Source: Camelus dromedarius
Taxonomy: Eukaryota
Direction: 5' to 3'
Length of the DNA: 64,000 nt
Assembly (NCBI RefSeq): GCF_036321535.1
Contig: NC_087436.1
Coordinates: forward strand, 48,610,001 to 48,674,000
The notes beneath the pieces were generated by a model that did no database searches, had not been told where the DNA came from, and worked only from the letters and a program-made list of their open reading frames with translations. Positions 26,623 to 38,032 of the stretch are shown here, in pieces; within the stretch, counting starts at the first letter, position 1; each line of letters opens with the position of its first letter. The translations under genes were made by a program, and so were the position numbers.

Positions 26623-28929
26623 TATGTGGTCTATTTATGAAAATAAACTTAAGAAAATAAATGTCAGTGTGTCCACTGTAAGATATCTGAGTACAGAAAA
26701 CTAGCTGGAGACAGAATACTTTTCTCAGTTATGGGAGGAACACAATAAGAATTGAAACAAAAAATGACATTTTAAAGTCATACTTAACTGTATAATTAAG
26801 GGAAGAGATCAGTGGAGTATTAATTAAATCATTTCTACCTCTTTCCTATTAACCCTTGTCACAGCTCTTATGTTTCCATTTGAGGTCACTGAGTTGGGCA
26901 ATTAAAATGATCAAGACATTTATTAAAGACCCAAGAAATCTCATGAATAATCAGAATAAGATAGCACTTGAGTTATACTTGATCCAAGGCCACACTATAC
27001 CCTAGATGGAAAAATCACCCCATATTCTATTTCTCATCTCAAATATGCTTACCTGAGATTGTCCAGCCAAACTCTTAGGTATAGGTACATAATTGGCATA
27101 AAGTATCATCATAGTCTCAACCGCACAGTGCCAGAAATATTAAATGTGCACCGTATCATCAGCATTTCAGAGGTTCAAGAGGACATGTAAGATGAATCAC
27201 ATCTATAAAACCAAGAAAATCTAATTACTACAGCTGCTCATTAAAGGATAATTGACAGTTCTCTTATTCGGTTTCATACCCAGCCAAAAGTGGTATTACC
27301 CCAAATTTAATATTTGGCGGAAAAGAAATGGAAGAATAAAATGGATGAGAGAGATTTCTCAGTTTGAGCTTCGCCAGGGAGTTGGTCAGTTCATGCCCAT
27401 TGTCCAGTCTCCAAAATGAACTAAATGACAAGGCCAAATTTTCACATCAAGAAACAATTGTCCTGCAATGTGCCCCTTGCAGAATCTTGCAGAAGTCTAG
27501 TTTTCTTAGCTTCCTGCTGCTACTATGGGTTCTACCAAAAACTGTGCCCTAGGACACCCAGTGAGAAGCAATATGATCCTGTTCTGTGCCCCTCTCGAAC
27601 CTTACCCATTCTTAGCTTTGATTTCTTGGCCTTAGTTACCCTGCAGTACTCCATGGCAGATGAAAAATTCCCTTACTCTATTCATTCTTCTGCTACAAGT
27701 AGAACTTGACTTCCTCTGGACAAATATGCCACCCTCTTAGTGCAAGCTAAGATGCAAGATAAAAAGAGAAAAGATGGCGTGACACCCAAAAGAGCCTGCC
27801 ACTTTCAGACAGTGCTGACTTGGGTGTGCCTACCCAAGCCTTGGAAATGAATACCACCACCAGATCCCACTAACCAGAGGAATGACAGAAATGCAAGAGC
27901 TTTGCCCTCTCCACGTGAGAGTACTTCCCACAAGAAATGCAGTTGCCCATACAGTCTGTGATTCCCAAAATTCTCTCCTAGCAAATACCAGATTCTCCAA
28001 CTCCACAGAGGGTATTGCCCTCTAGATCTCAGCTGGCTGTGCAATCTGAACAACCCCATTGTCTCCACACAGGATTTGGTCCCACAAATTCCAGCCCTAC
28101 AACATGGTACCTCTTCAGTGCAAAGTGACTTGCTCTCCACACAAGACTATACCTAAAAAAATTGCAATTTGAGGTCCCAGACAAAACTGACCAGCAAATG
28201 AATCTCGTTATCTAATAAAGTGAGTCTCGATGCTGACTACACGATAGAATCATCTAGGATTCCAGGTGAAGAAAATAAAAATGATACTGGAGCTTCATCC
28301 CAAGAAACTACTTATTACTGCTCTGGAGAGGGCATGGATGTCACTTCACCAAAAGCATATGAATGATTCTGATGGCTTCATAACACTTGTCCAATATGAT
28401 GTCTTGCCACTTCCACCAGGCACACTGCTCAGTAAGTCCAGGTTTGTGATTTCCATTTGGAGTCAGACCTGTCCCAAAGCTGCAGCTGCAGTCTACACCA
28501 GGCTGTTTATCACCAAAGTCCAGTACCCTGTCTGTTTACTCAGTAAAGCTGCCAGTGCCAGATGGAGAGTAAAAGATGGCTAAAACCCTGAACTTTGCAT
28601 GCCTGGTTCTACTCTATTCCACTGTACATCTTCTCCATGAGCGATGTGGCTTTTTTCACACAGTGAAGTCACAGCTCTTTCTTTCCTCCCTAACCTGTCA
28701 AGCTATAGCCTCAGAGTGCACTACTGGATCAGTGTAACAACTGTGGTCATCACATCTGGGTTCTCTTTCCCTCCAGGTGTTCTCAATAATGAAAGAGAAA
28801 TGGAGAGATGGCAACAGCTCCTCTAACTCCTGTTAAATTCATTGTACCTTGAACTTCTGCTTTTATAATAGCCAAACTGCTTGATATTGTTTGTTCCTAT
28901 CTCCTCCACTGAACTGGAAGCACTGCAAA

Positions 28930-28990
28930 AACTGGAACAGTGCCTGGCACTTAGTAGGTGCTCAGTGAAATGTTTGATAAATGAATGAAT
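28930..28990 (+). mobile_element. L2 3' tail
   Basis: acagtgcctggcacttagtaggtgctcagtgaaatgtttgataaatgaatgaat. Confidence 0.8.
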
Positions 28991-29987
28991 AGATGGAGAA
29001 GAGCTGTTTTCATGGTAGGAGTGGAAAGATGCAGTCATGGCTTCACTGTTAGGGACCAATATGTACCATGGAGAATTGGAACCACAAGCTGAGAACTGGG
29101 GGAGCAGAACTCCTAATCTTAACCTGAAAACTCAACATTTGCTCTTTTCTTTACTTAAGCACAGTCTTGCTTCTTTTCAAGGCACCTAAACATTTACCAT
29201 CTCCTTGTATTCCATTTCTGCTTTTCTTCTTAGACCTCCCACATCGCAGCAGCCTGATTATTCCAAAATGCTCTGTCCTTCCTGCTTTGTCTTTACCATT
29301 TTCCAGCTCAATAGCAGCCTGGCTGTTATGTCTCTCGTTACAATAACAGTGGGAATGCTTTCCAGCTCTGCAGCATAGTTTAAGAGAGATTAGTTAAATG
29401 TACAGTAAGTCCTTTCTTACTCATTTTCTGACTTCTACAGTGTTTTGAAAGTGCTGAATGCCAAGACTGCTTATCCACAAGCCCTTTTGAGTAATGGTGT
29501 GTTTATCTTAGAATTCTGACCTAAATGGTAATTGTATTGCTGCACGCGGGGGAATGAAGCCAAGGTGTTTCAGTAATCATACGGTACCAGGGACTGTGCT
29601 GCCTGCACATGACTCGGGCAGATGATTCTGGTGCCTCTGTTCTTAAGGACTGGGGTTCAAAGAGAAATAAGTGAGAACAGGATGAAGAACAGCTCACATT
29701 GGCACTCTAGCTCACTTGATACCTTTTGAAACACAGGTGCATAATTTCTCTTCAACATTAATTACTACTGTGGATAACCTCAGGTGGCTCTAAAAGAGTT
29801 TAGGCTCTGAAATGTGAACAGCCATTTGAATCTCTCTTAAGGAATGACAGAGAATGATGGAGAGGATAAGTGGGGTCAGCAGTACTGAGGTGCATTTATG
29901 TGAGTTGTGTTGAAGACAGCTAAGATCCGAGTCCAGCAACATCTATTTCACCTACTTGCTGAGACCTTTGTCTTTTTGGTTTAAGAT

Positions 29988-30172
29988 AATATTTTTCAAA
30001 ATATTGTCCACAAACTACCTGCTTTAGAATCATCTAATGATGTTTGTTTAAAAATAAAAACAAAAACAAAAACAAAAACAAAACACATTCCTGAGCCCCA
30101 GATCGATATAGCAGAGTCTCTGCATGAGGCTAACTGATTCTTTTGAACCATAAAGTCTAGACTACTGCCTTA
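29988..30172. mobile_element. MER5-like hAT MITE with an internal (CAAAAA)n expansion
   Basis: acctgctttagaatcatct...acattcctgagccccaga...tgattcttttgaaccataaagtctagactactgcctta. Confidence 0.6.
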
Positions 30173-30409
30173 AGCCTTCACCAGTGTTGAGCTTCAAAAC
30201 TCCCAAGAGGCAATAGCACTATGAGTAGGTACTGGTCATTTTCTTTGAAGTATCTGAGATCAGATTATGATAAAGTAATTGAGAAGAACGTGAGGACATA
30301 AACACCCAAGGAAGAGGAATAGGACACCACCTATAGAGATGGAATGGCCAGAGAGCCAGAACACCTCCTTGACTTCACCCTTTTGCCCTCGGTTATTTGT
30401 CCTTTATCA

Positions 30410-30900
30410 TAGTTTAGTTCGGAACAACAGGCATATATTGAGCCCCTGCCATTTGCCATGCACTAGGGATAAAAAGAAACAACAAACTCATTGTTCTAGG
30501 GGAGTTTACAGTTTGCTAGCGGAAGCAGGCTCCTAATGGGCAATTTAAATAAATGTGGTAAGCCAAAGATAGAGATTTGCACATGAAATGTGGGGGACCA
30601 AGAGGGGCCCCTAATGGAAACTTACATCCTAGACAAGGAATTGCCTGAATTGGGAAGTAAATAGAAATTAGGCAGATGATGGGGAAGGGTTCTTTTGAGG
30701 AGAAACTAAAAAAGAGGCCAGGAGCTGGTGGGAAATGGAACATGTTTCCAACAGAGGGTGCACAGCCGAAGGCTCTGATTCCTAAAGTGATCCCATTTAT
30801 CAGGGATTGATTGCAGTTTAGGACTGCTTCGTCGTTAAGTATAAGGAGTGAAGAAAGACAGTCAGTGATCCTGGATAGATAGATATGGGCCAAGTCAGGG
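30410..30900 (-). mobile_element. L2 LINE fragment
   Basis: caacaggcatatattgagcccctgccatttgccatgcactaggg...gagtttacagtttgctagcgg. Confidence 0.65.
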
Positions 30901-31149
30901 AGATACATGTATATGTCTTGATAACTTTTCAAAGCCCTGCCTTGCGAGGCACTTGGAAGACTCCTTGGAACAGACCTTCAAATTCATTCCAAGTTTATGG
31001 TCTCAAACTGTTCATTGCAGTTGCTCCAAAAACATGTTAGAACCCATTTTTGGGCCCTCTTTGGGACATTGTGAAGGTAATTGCAATAACTAATGTTGAA
31101 AATAATACCAAAAATTATTCAAAATATAGACTTGAGAATTTTTTGACTC

Positions 31150-31305
31150 ACTGGAAGGATACATGAAAACCAGGAATAGTAATGACCTCTGGAGAGGGGG
31201 GACTGAGACCAGAGGTAGGAGGAGTTTACAGCCCACTGTATGTACCCTTTTATAGTATTTGAATTGTTTATCATGTATATTTATTGCCTAGTCAAACAAA
31301 TTTAA
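31150..31305 (+). mobile_element. L1ME-like extreme 3' fragment
   Basis: ggaaggatacatgaaaac...tgtacccttttatagtatttgaattgtttatcatgtatatttattgccta. Confidence 0.55.
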
Positions 31306-31445
31306 AAGAGAACTAAAGAGACACATTTCTCCCATAGCAGAGATATATTATTTGTCAACATATAAAAGAGGAATTTCATTTATATTAAAAACCAAATTAA
31401 TGATTTGTTGATACAACAGTGAAAGCAATAATGTCATTAAAGTAG

Positions 31446-31646
<201 letters not shown>

Positions 31647-32130
31647 AGAACAAGAGTATGGCCATCAAAAGGGCAGAGTGGAGCCCCCCTCACAACTCTT
31701 CACACCTCGCTGCTCTGAGACACAACTGGACTTCCAGATTGTTGTATTTCCATCAAGTTTTGTCATGAGACACTTTTTAAAAATCTCATCACCCAAATAT
31801 TCAGCTATCCAGGCAGCAAATTTAACCGTACATATATTGCTGAAAGAATCTTCTTAACAGTGAAATCCAGTCAAGTATTTTTACCACATCACCACAAAGC
31901 CAGAAGGATTCAGCTGATGAGGCAAATTTAGCATTATCAAGAAATCTCAGTTGCACTGAAAAAGCTGTCTTCCATTGCACTGAACAGACAGTCCTAACAA
32001 AGGTATTCTTCAGAAATATAGACTGAATGTGGGCTGAAATCATCCTTCCATGATAATGAAAAGTGAAAAGCTATTCACAATACATTCCTTATAAGTATAT
32101 GCTACATTTGATAACTCATTTTTGGCCCAG
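31647..32130 (+). other. TBCK: TBCK proximal 3' UTR (3' end uncertain)
   Basis: Unique sequence after the stop codon. Variant hexamers AATGAA (32055) and AATACA (32079) precede a GT-rich tract at 32134-32164. Confidence 0.6.
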
Positions 32131-32133
32131 ACA

Positions 32134-32164
32134 GGTTTGTGTGTGTGTTTGTGTGTGTGTGTTT
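32134..32164 (+). repeat. (GT)n-rich microsatellite
   Basis: gtttgtgtgtgtgtttgtgtgtgtgtgttt. Confidence 0.9.
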
Positions 32165-32242
32165 AAAGGGAGAAAAAATTACCTTATTGAAGAAAATAAT
32201 AATAGTTTACTTCCAGAAAAATGAAAGTCAGAAACCATTCAT

Positions 32243-32794
32243 ATTATAGAGAATATTTATTCAGCTCCTGTGGCAGAGAAACCCAAAGTAAGAGTGACTT
32301 TAACAAACTAGATCTTTATTTTTCTCTCACATGAAAGTCTACATAGTCAATCTAGGGCTAGTATGTTGATTCCATAATCATTAAGAACCCAAGTGTCTTT
32401 CTCATTGCTTTACTACCCTCACTACTTGGTTTCTATCTTGTGGGTCAAGATGGCCACTCAGCTGCCACCATCACATCTGCAATTTAGAAGGAAGGAAATG
32501 AAGGAGGAGGGAGGGAAAAAAAAGAGAGGAAAGAAAAAAATCAGCAGAGAGGAAAAAAGAGAAGGAGAAAAGGGAGAGCATGCTCCTTCTCTTTAACGGC
32601 AGAAACCAGAAGGTGCACATATTCCTTCTGCTTAGGTATCACTGACCAGAACTTAGACACGTGGCCACAACTAGCTATCAAGAAACCTTGGAATATAATT
32701 TTGGCTGGACAGCCATTTACTCAGTAAAAAAAATTTACTACTGGGTAGGAAGAGTAGAATACATATTAAAAGACAGCTGGCAGCCTCTGCGACA
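32243..32794 (-). mobile_element. MLT1J-like (MaLR) LTR
   Basis: Minus strand starts tgtcgcagaggctgccagctgtc; internal cactgaccagaacttagacacgtggccacaactagct. Confidence 0.75.
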
Positions 32795-33127
32795 TTATTC
32801 TTAAAAATTAAGTTTTTCATGGATGCTAAGATATATACCAAATTTACCATAAAGCAAGAAAAAATTCAGCCAAATAAACTGAATAATTATAAGATTGTAA
32901 GATTCATTTCCATTTCAGAAATGTGAAAAATACGCATCTTAGAATTATTAAAATACAGTACATCTTTTTGACTATCTTCAATTTGTTTTAACTAAAATAT
33001 GTTCTTTCATATTTAACTTATTTTCTTCTTCAGTGTTAGGACTACCTAGGTAGAATATTTCATTGAGAGCCTCAGTTTAACTTTCTGGACCATGGTTTTA
33101 TTGTTGCTGTGTGTTTTGGGGGTTTTT

Positions 33128-34395
33128 TTTACACCTTTATTGTGGTATGGTTCCTGTACAGTAAACTGCACATATTTTAAATGTACAATTTGATGAATTT
33201 TGATAGATGTATACACCAATGAAATTACTACAGCAATCAAGATAGCTAACATTTCCATCAGTCCCCAAGAGGTGCAATTTTCGAATTCCCAATTCATCCC
33301 TTCCCACCTCCTTTGCCCACTGGTAACCATAAGTTTGTTCTCTATATCTGTGAGTCTGTTTCTGTTCTGTAGGTAAGTTCATTTGTGTCCTTTTTTAAGA
33401 TTCCATATATAAGTGATATCATCTGGCATTTTTCTTTCTCTTTCTGGCTTACTTCACGTAGAGTGACGATCTCCAGGTCCATCCATGTTGCTGCAAATGG
33501 CATTATTTTATTCTTTTTTATGGCTGAGTAGTATTCTATTGTATAAATATACCTATCCAGTCATCTGTTGATGGACATTTGGGTTGTTTCCATGTCTTGG
33601 CTATTGTAAATACTGCTGCTATGAACATTGGGATTCATGTGTCTTTTTGAATTATATTTTCCTCTGGGATATGCCCAGGTGTAGGATTGCTGAATCATAT
33701 GGTAAGTCTATTTTTAGTTTTTTAAGAAACCTCCATACTGTCCTCCATAATGTCTGCACCAATTTACATTCCCACCAACAGTGTAGGAGGGTTCCCTTCT
33801 CTCCATACCCTCTCCAGCATTTATTGTTTGTAAACTTTTTAATGATGGCCATTCTGACTGGTGTAGGGTGATATATCATTGTAGTTTTGATTTGCATTTC
33901 TCTAACAATTAGTGACATTGAGCATGTTTCATGTGCTTGTTGGCTATTTGTATGTCTTCTTTAGAGAGATGTCTGTTTAGGTCTTCTGCCCACTTTTTGA
34001 TTGGGTTGCTTGTGTTTTTAATATTAAGGTGTATGTGCTGTTTGTATATTTTGGAAATCAGTCCCTAGTCAGTTGCATCATTTGCAGATATTTTATCCCA
34101 TTCTGTAGGTTGTCTTTGGGGATTTTTGACATCTATTTTTTTATTGAGATACAATTTACATACCATAAAATTCACCCTTTTAAAATATACAATTTGTGTT
34201 TTTTAGTATACTCACAAAATTGTGCAATCATTAGTACTACCTAATTTCAGAACATTTTCAAAGCCCAAGAAAGAAGTCCTGTACCTATTAGAAGTTATTC
34301 CCCATTGACCCCTCCCGAAGTCTTTAATTTTTGCCCATGAAGTGAGATAGATATCCAACTTCATTCTTCATGTGGATATCAATTGTCCCAGCAGC
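33128..34395 (-). mobile_element. Nested L1 cluster: old L1M 3' ends (33128-33275, 34135-34325) around a younger L1 (about 33280-34115)
   Basis: ORF 33652..33918 is the ORF2 C-terminus ([21 protein letters not shown]). Two separate old 3' tails (tttattgtggtat..., tttattgagatacaatttacatac...) flank it. Confidence 0.88.
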
Positions 34396-36346
34396 CATGT
34401 CGTTTTGTTTGTTTTGCTCAATTAAATTATATTCAGTCATTCACCAAATACGTTTTGAATACCTACTGTGTATAAGACACCGACATAATCAATGGTTATA
34501 TTATTCTGTGATCTCTACATACTATACAAAGAAAAACATATGAGAGTTAATGAGAAAATTAATTTTCACCATGATTTCTCTAACAGCATTTTTGGGCTAT
34601 CATCTATCATGTTTAGGAAAATAAGTCCTCCTGTCTTTCATCTTTGATGACTTATTTGACTTCCAAATCATAGTGCAGCACTGATGATCATTTAGAAGGA
34701 GTGGCTCTGAGTCTTAACTTTGCCTTACTGAGAAAGCAGAAGAAGATGGTGGAGCAGAGACTTGAACTGAATGGGGTTGTAGGTAGTGAGAGAGGATGAA
34801 GACTGAGTGTTGTGAGGAGAGCTGTGTGAGAGAGAATAGTAGCCAACCTCCATCACAATTTTGCATTTGTCTTTCTTAAAACCTGATACATTTAGGCTTA
34901 TTTTGAAAAAAAAAAAAAAAGGAATTTGTTTAAACATCCAAATTACAAATAATATTTAATATTCTCAACAGGAAAGCAAGAAAACATACAATCACTGTTA
35001 TGTTTACATGCAGGGCATTTTATTCAATGGCAGGTGGTTTCAACAAAGTTGACCTCAACAACTGTTTGTTGAGCTAAACCTATATAACCCATGAACTGTA
35101 GAGGTCCTTTTTAATGTTATTGACTCCTGCACTGTCACTAACAGCACTGTTTCTAATATCAGCAGTCTCTTCCTTCTGCCTAGAATGCCCTTAACTGTCA
35201 CCACTAGCCCCATAAACAGACACACGCTCACACACACACATTTATAAATGCTTCATAATCCAGCACAGTAGCATATCCTCCAGTCTTCTCTGATTTCCCT
35301 GTGCTGCATTAAGAGCCTCAAATCTATCAAAGCATTCCATTCATGCTTCTAATAATAGACTTATAACATCATTTTGCAGTCATCTGTTAACATTTGGAAC
35401 CCTTGTTTAAAATATGAACTCCTTTCAAGTCAGAGTCCATAATTTATACCTCTTGTTATCTGCAGCAACTCACTATACTAGAGATGCTTGCTAAGTGTAA
35501 AATTGAATTGAATCTCTAGCTTAGAGATTTTAGAATCTATATGAACAGAAAAAAATTGAAATAACCCAGGTAATTTTTTTCAAGTGCCAAACTTCTCTGG
35601 TACCTGATGATATATAAATAAATTGAAATCTCAATTCACTAAGTGAAGAAAAGATCTCTAATATTCTATCCAGCTCTAAAATTCTATAATCCTAGCAATA
35701 AGAACAGATAGCTTCCAACAACAGAATAAGCTAAGCCAGTTGCATCCCCTTTTCAAAACATAGAAATACTAAATTTAAAAAGAATATTAAAAATATCTAA
35801 TACTTGATCAAGGTTGAAAGAAAGAAACAGAAGTTGCTGATGTCAGCCATGAAGAGGAACTGAAACATCTGTGCGATATCAGATACCAGTATCGGCCCTA
35901 GGAACTGAGGTTTCAACAGGTTCATAGGGATAGAAGCCTTGGGTCTTCTGTAAAGAGCTGAAATTAAGACTACTTCACAAAGTGACAGTTTCAAAGAACT
36001 CTTTGCTCCGTGAAATGACTAGAAATAACTTCGCACCAAATCAGAGAACTAACTATAGGGGAGTTTGTCATGGTCTGGTATTTTGAGTGAAGAAAGACAA
36101 ATGGAGGCATTCCATGGAAAAGCTAGAGTAAGTCCCTGAATTAGGACAGGCTTTAGGGCATGTGTTCATCTGACTATTTAAAAATGACAACAATGAATTA
36201 TATCAAATTTTTGGAAAGCATAGTTGGTGCCAGATATTTGTTTGACTCCTCTGTTTCCTCCTCCAAAGAGTTACCAAAAAATACTTCTTTAAGTATTAAT
36301 GTCAAAAGTGTGATACAGCCTCTCAAAAAATCTTATGCAGTAGTCT

Positions 36347-36881
36347 TGGTACCCCAAAAGGGGAAGGGAAAAGCCCTCAGTTCTTATCATACCCAAAAAA
36401 TAAGAATTCAGACAGGAGGTGGAACACTGTGTAGCAAAAGATTTTAAAGGATTTATTAGCAAAGCAACGGTATACCTCCAAGAGTGGGAGGCGGGCTGAT
36501 GTAAGGGAGGAAAAGCAGCGGTCTTTGTTCCTCCTCTTATACCCTGGCTTAGAGGTGGTCTTTTGATTGATTGATGGCTCTTGCCCCTGGAATCCCTAGT
36601 CATATTTGTCCTCTTTGCGTATGTCCTTACCCATGGTGTACCTATGGGGGTCCTAAACCGCAATGCTAATTATATTACAATGAGCATTGGGTCATGTCCG
36701 GTTAGGTTCTTCTTGCTACCTGTAGTTCCAGCTGTCGGATTCTAACCGATTTCTTCCTGGCACTCATTTAGAGGGAATAAAGTCCCTTAAAGCTGGAGGC
36801 GGGCATTATGCCATCTTCCTGACCATCCTCCCTCCCCTCCACCTATCTGCCCAGTGCCCTCACTTGTCTAACTACCTAACA
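36347..36881 (-). mobile_element. ERV1-type solo LTR, relatively young
   Basis: TG...CA termini and a perfect 4-bp TSD GTCT (36343-36346 / 36882-36885). Minus-strand TATAA at 36537-36541 and AATAAA at 36452-36457; several CpGs retained. Confidence 0.85.
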
Positions 36882-37931
36882 GTCTCTTCTGGTGAAATCC
36901 ACTGTAAGGAGAGAAGACTGTTGCCTTGCTGCCATAGGGTTGTGATATTTCACTCTATAAGAGTCATAAATAGTCATCTCATTGGTATACATGCTGGCTC
37001 TACATATAACTATTAACCAAATACTGCGTTTTCCTTGATAACATTCATTAAGCCAAAAAATAGAAGCAAAATGATAATATTTAGATTTTTCTTTTTGGGT
37101 GTTGAGTCATTGTGTACTATTTCTAATATTAAATGAGATAAAACTGGATACCAGTTTAATATTAGAAGTAGTATACATTATAAATAAGCTATTTTAAAAG
37201 TTGGTTTTTTTAGGTCATATGTATTTATATGTTTCTGAGTAATTTTCTTGTTAAGTCTTATGATAGGTGCTTGTTACATGACGACTAAATTTGGATCTTG
37301 GCAAATTCCATATTCTATAGATAGATTGTGATATTTGTAGCTTGTACTAGTGACTTGCAGGCCTAATGTCTCCTCTTGGATTGCCATTCTTTGATATCCT
37401 TTCTCATCTCTTTCAGAGGACCCATTTTTAGTTTGCATTGTTTGCAGCATTTCAGTAATACTGTTCTGTCCTAATGCTCACAGTGACCAATCAACAGTGC
37501 AAGGATGGGTACCAAACCACAGTATTGCCAACATCCTTGATATTATATATTAATCCTCTAGGTAGTAGAGATGTAAACACTGTCCTGTCTTGGCTTAAGA
37601 CTAATCTTGGAGCTATAACAAATTCATTTTAAAGCATTAGATCAGATTCTAAATATTGTTTCCTGCCATACTAAAAGATTCAACTTTTGAAACTATTACT
37701 GTCTTTATATATATATCTGTGACTTTTTGAAAAACATATGGCCTACATTCTTCTTAAAAATTGTTATGGTGTGGTCACTAGTCAAAGTATTAAAAACTGA
37801 GACAATCCATGCGTTGATTTTCTCATTAACCCTGGAAACTTTTTTTTGTTTACCATTATTAATTTTTTCTTAACTATATTAGCATACTTTTCAGTCTTTT
37901 AGGGTGAAATAATTTAGTACTTTAGGGCTTA

Positions 37932-38032
37932 CAGTGTGCTGGAACTGTATCCTGGTGGCTTAGAACAGCTGAATGTGCCCATTTCTTCCCAATTCCATTC
38001 AGTGATCTCACGTTAGTAGCTTAAAACTGGGC
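37932..38032. mobile_element. MER63-like hAT fragment
   Basis: cagtgtgctggaac...catttcttcccaattccattcagtgatctcacgttagtagcttaaaactgg. Confidence 0.65.

Noticed and set aside
27100..27170. Box C-like TGATGA motifs on the minus strand suggesting a C/D snoRNA
   Set aside because: No properly placed box D or terminal stem, and it is antisense to the host gene.
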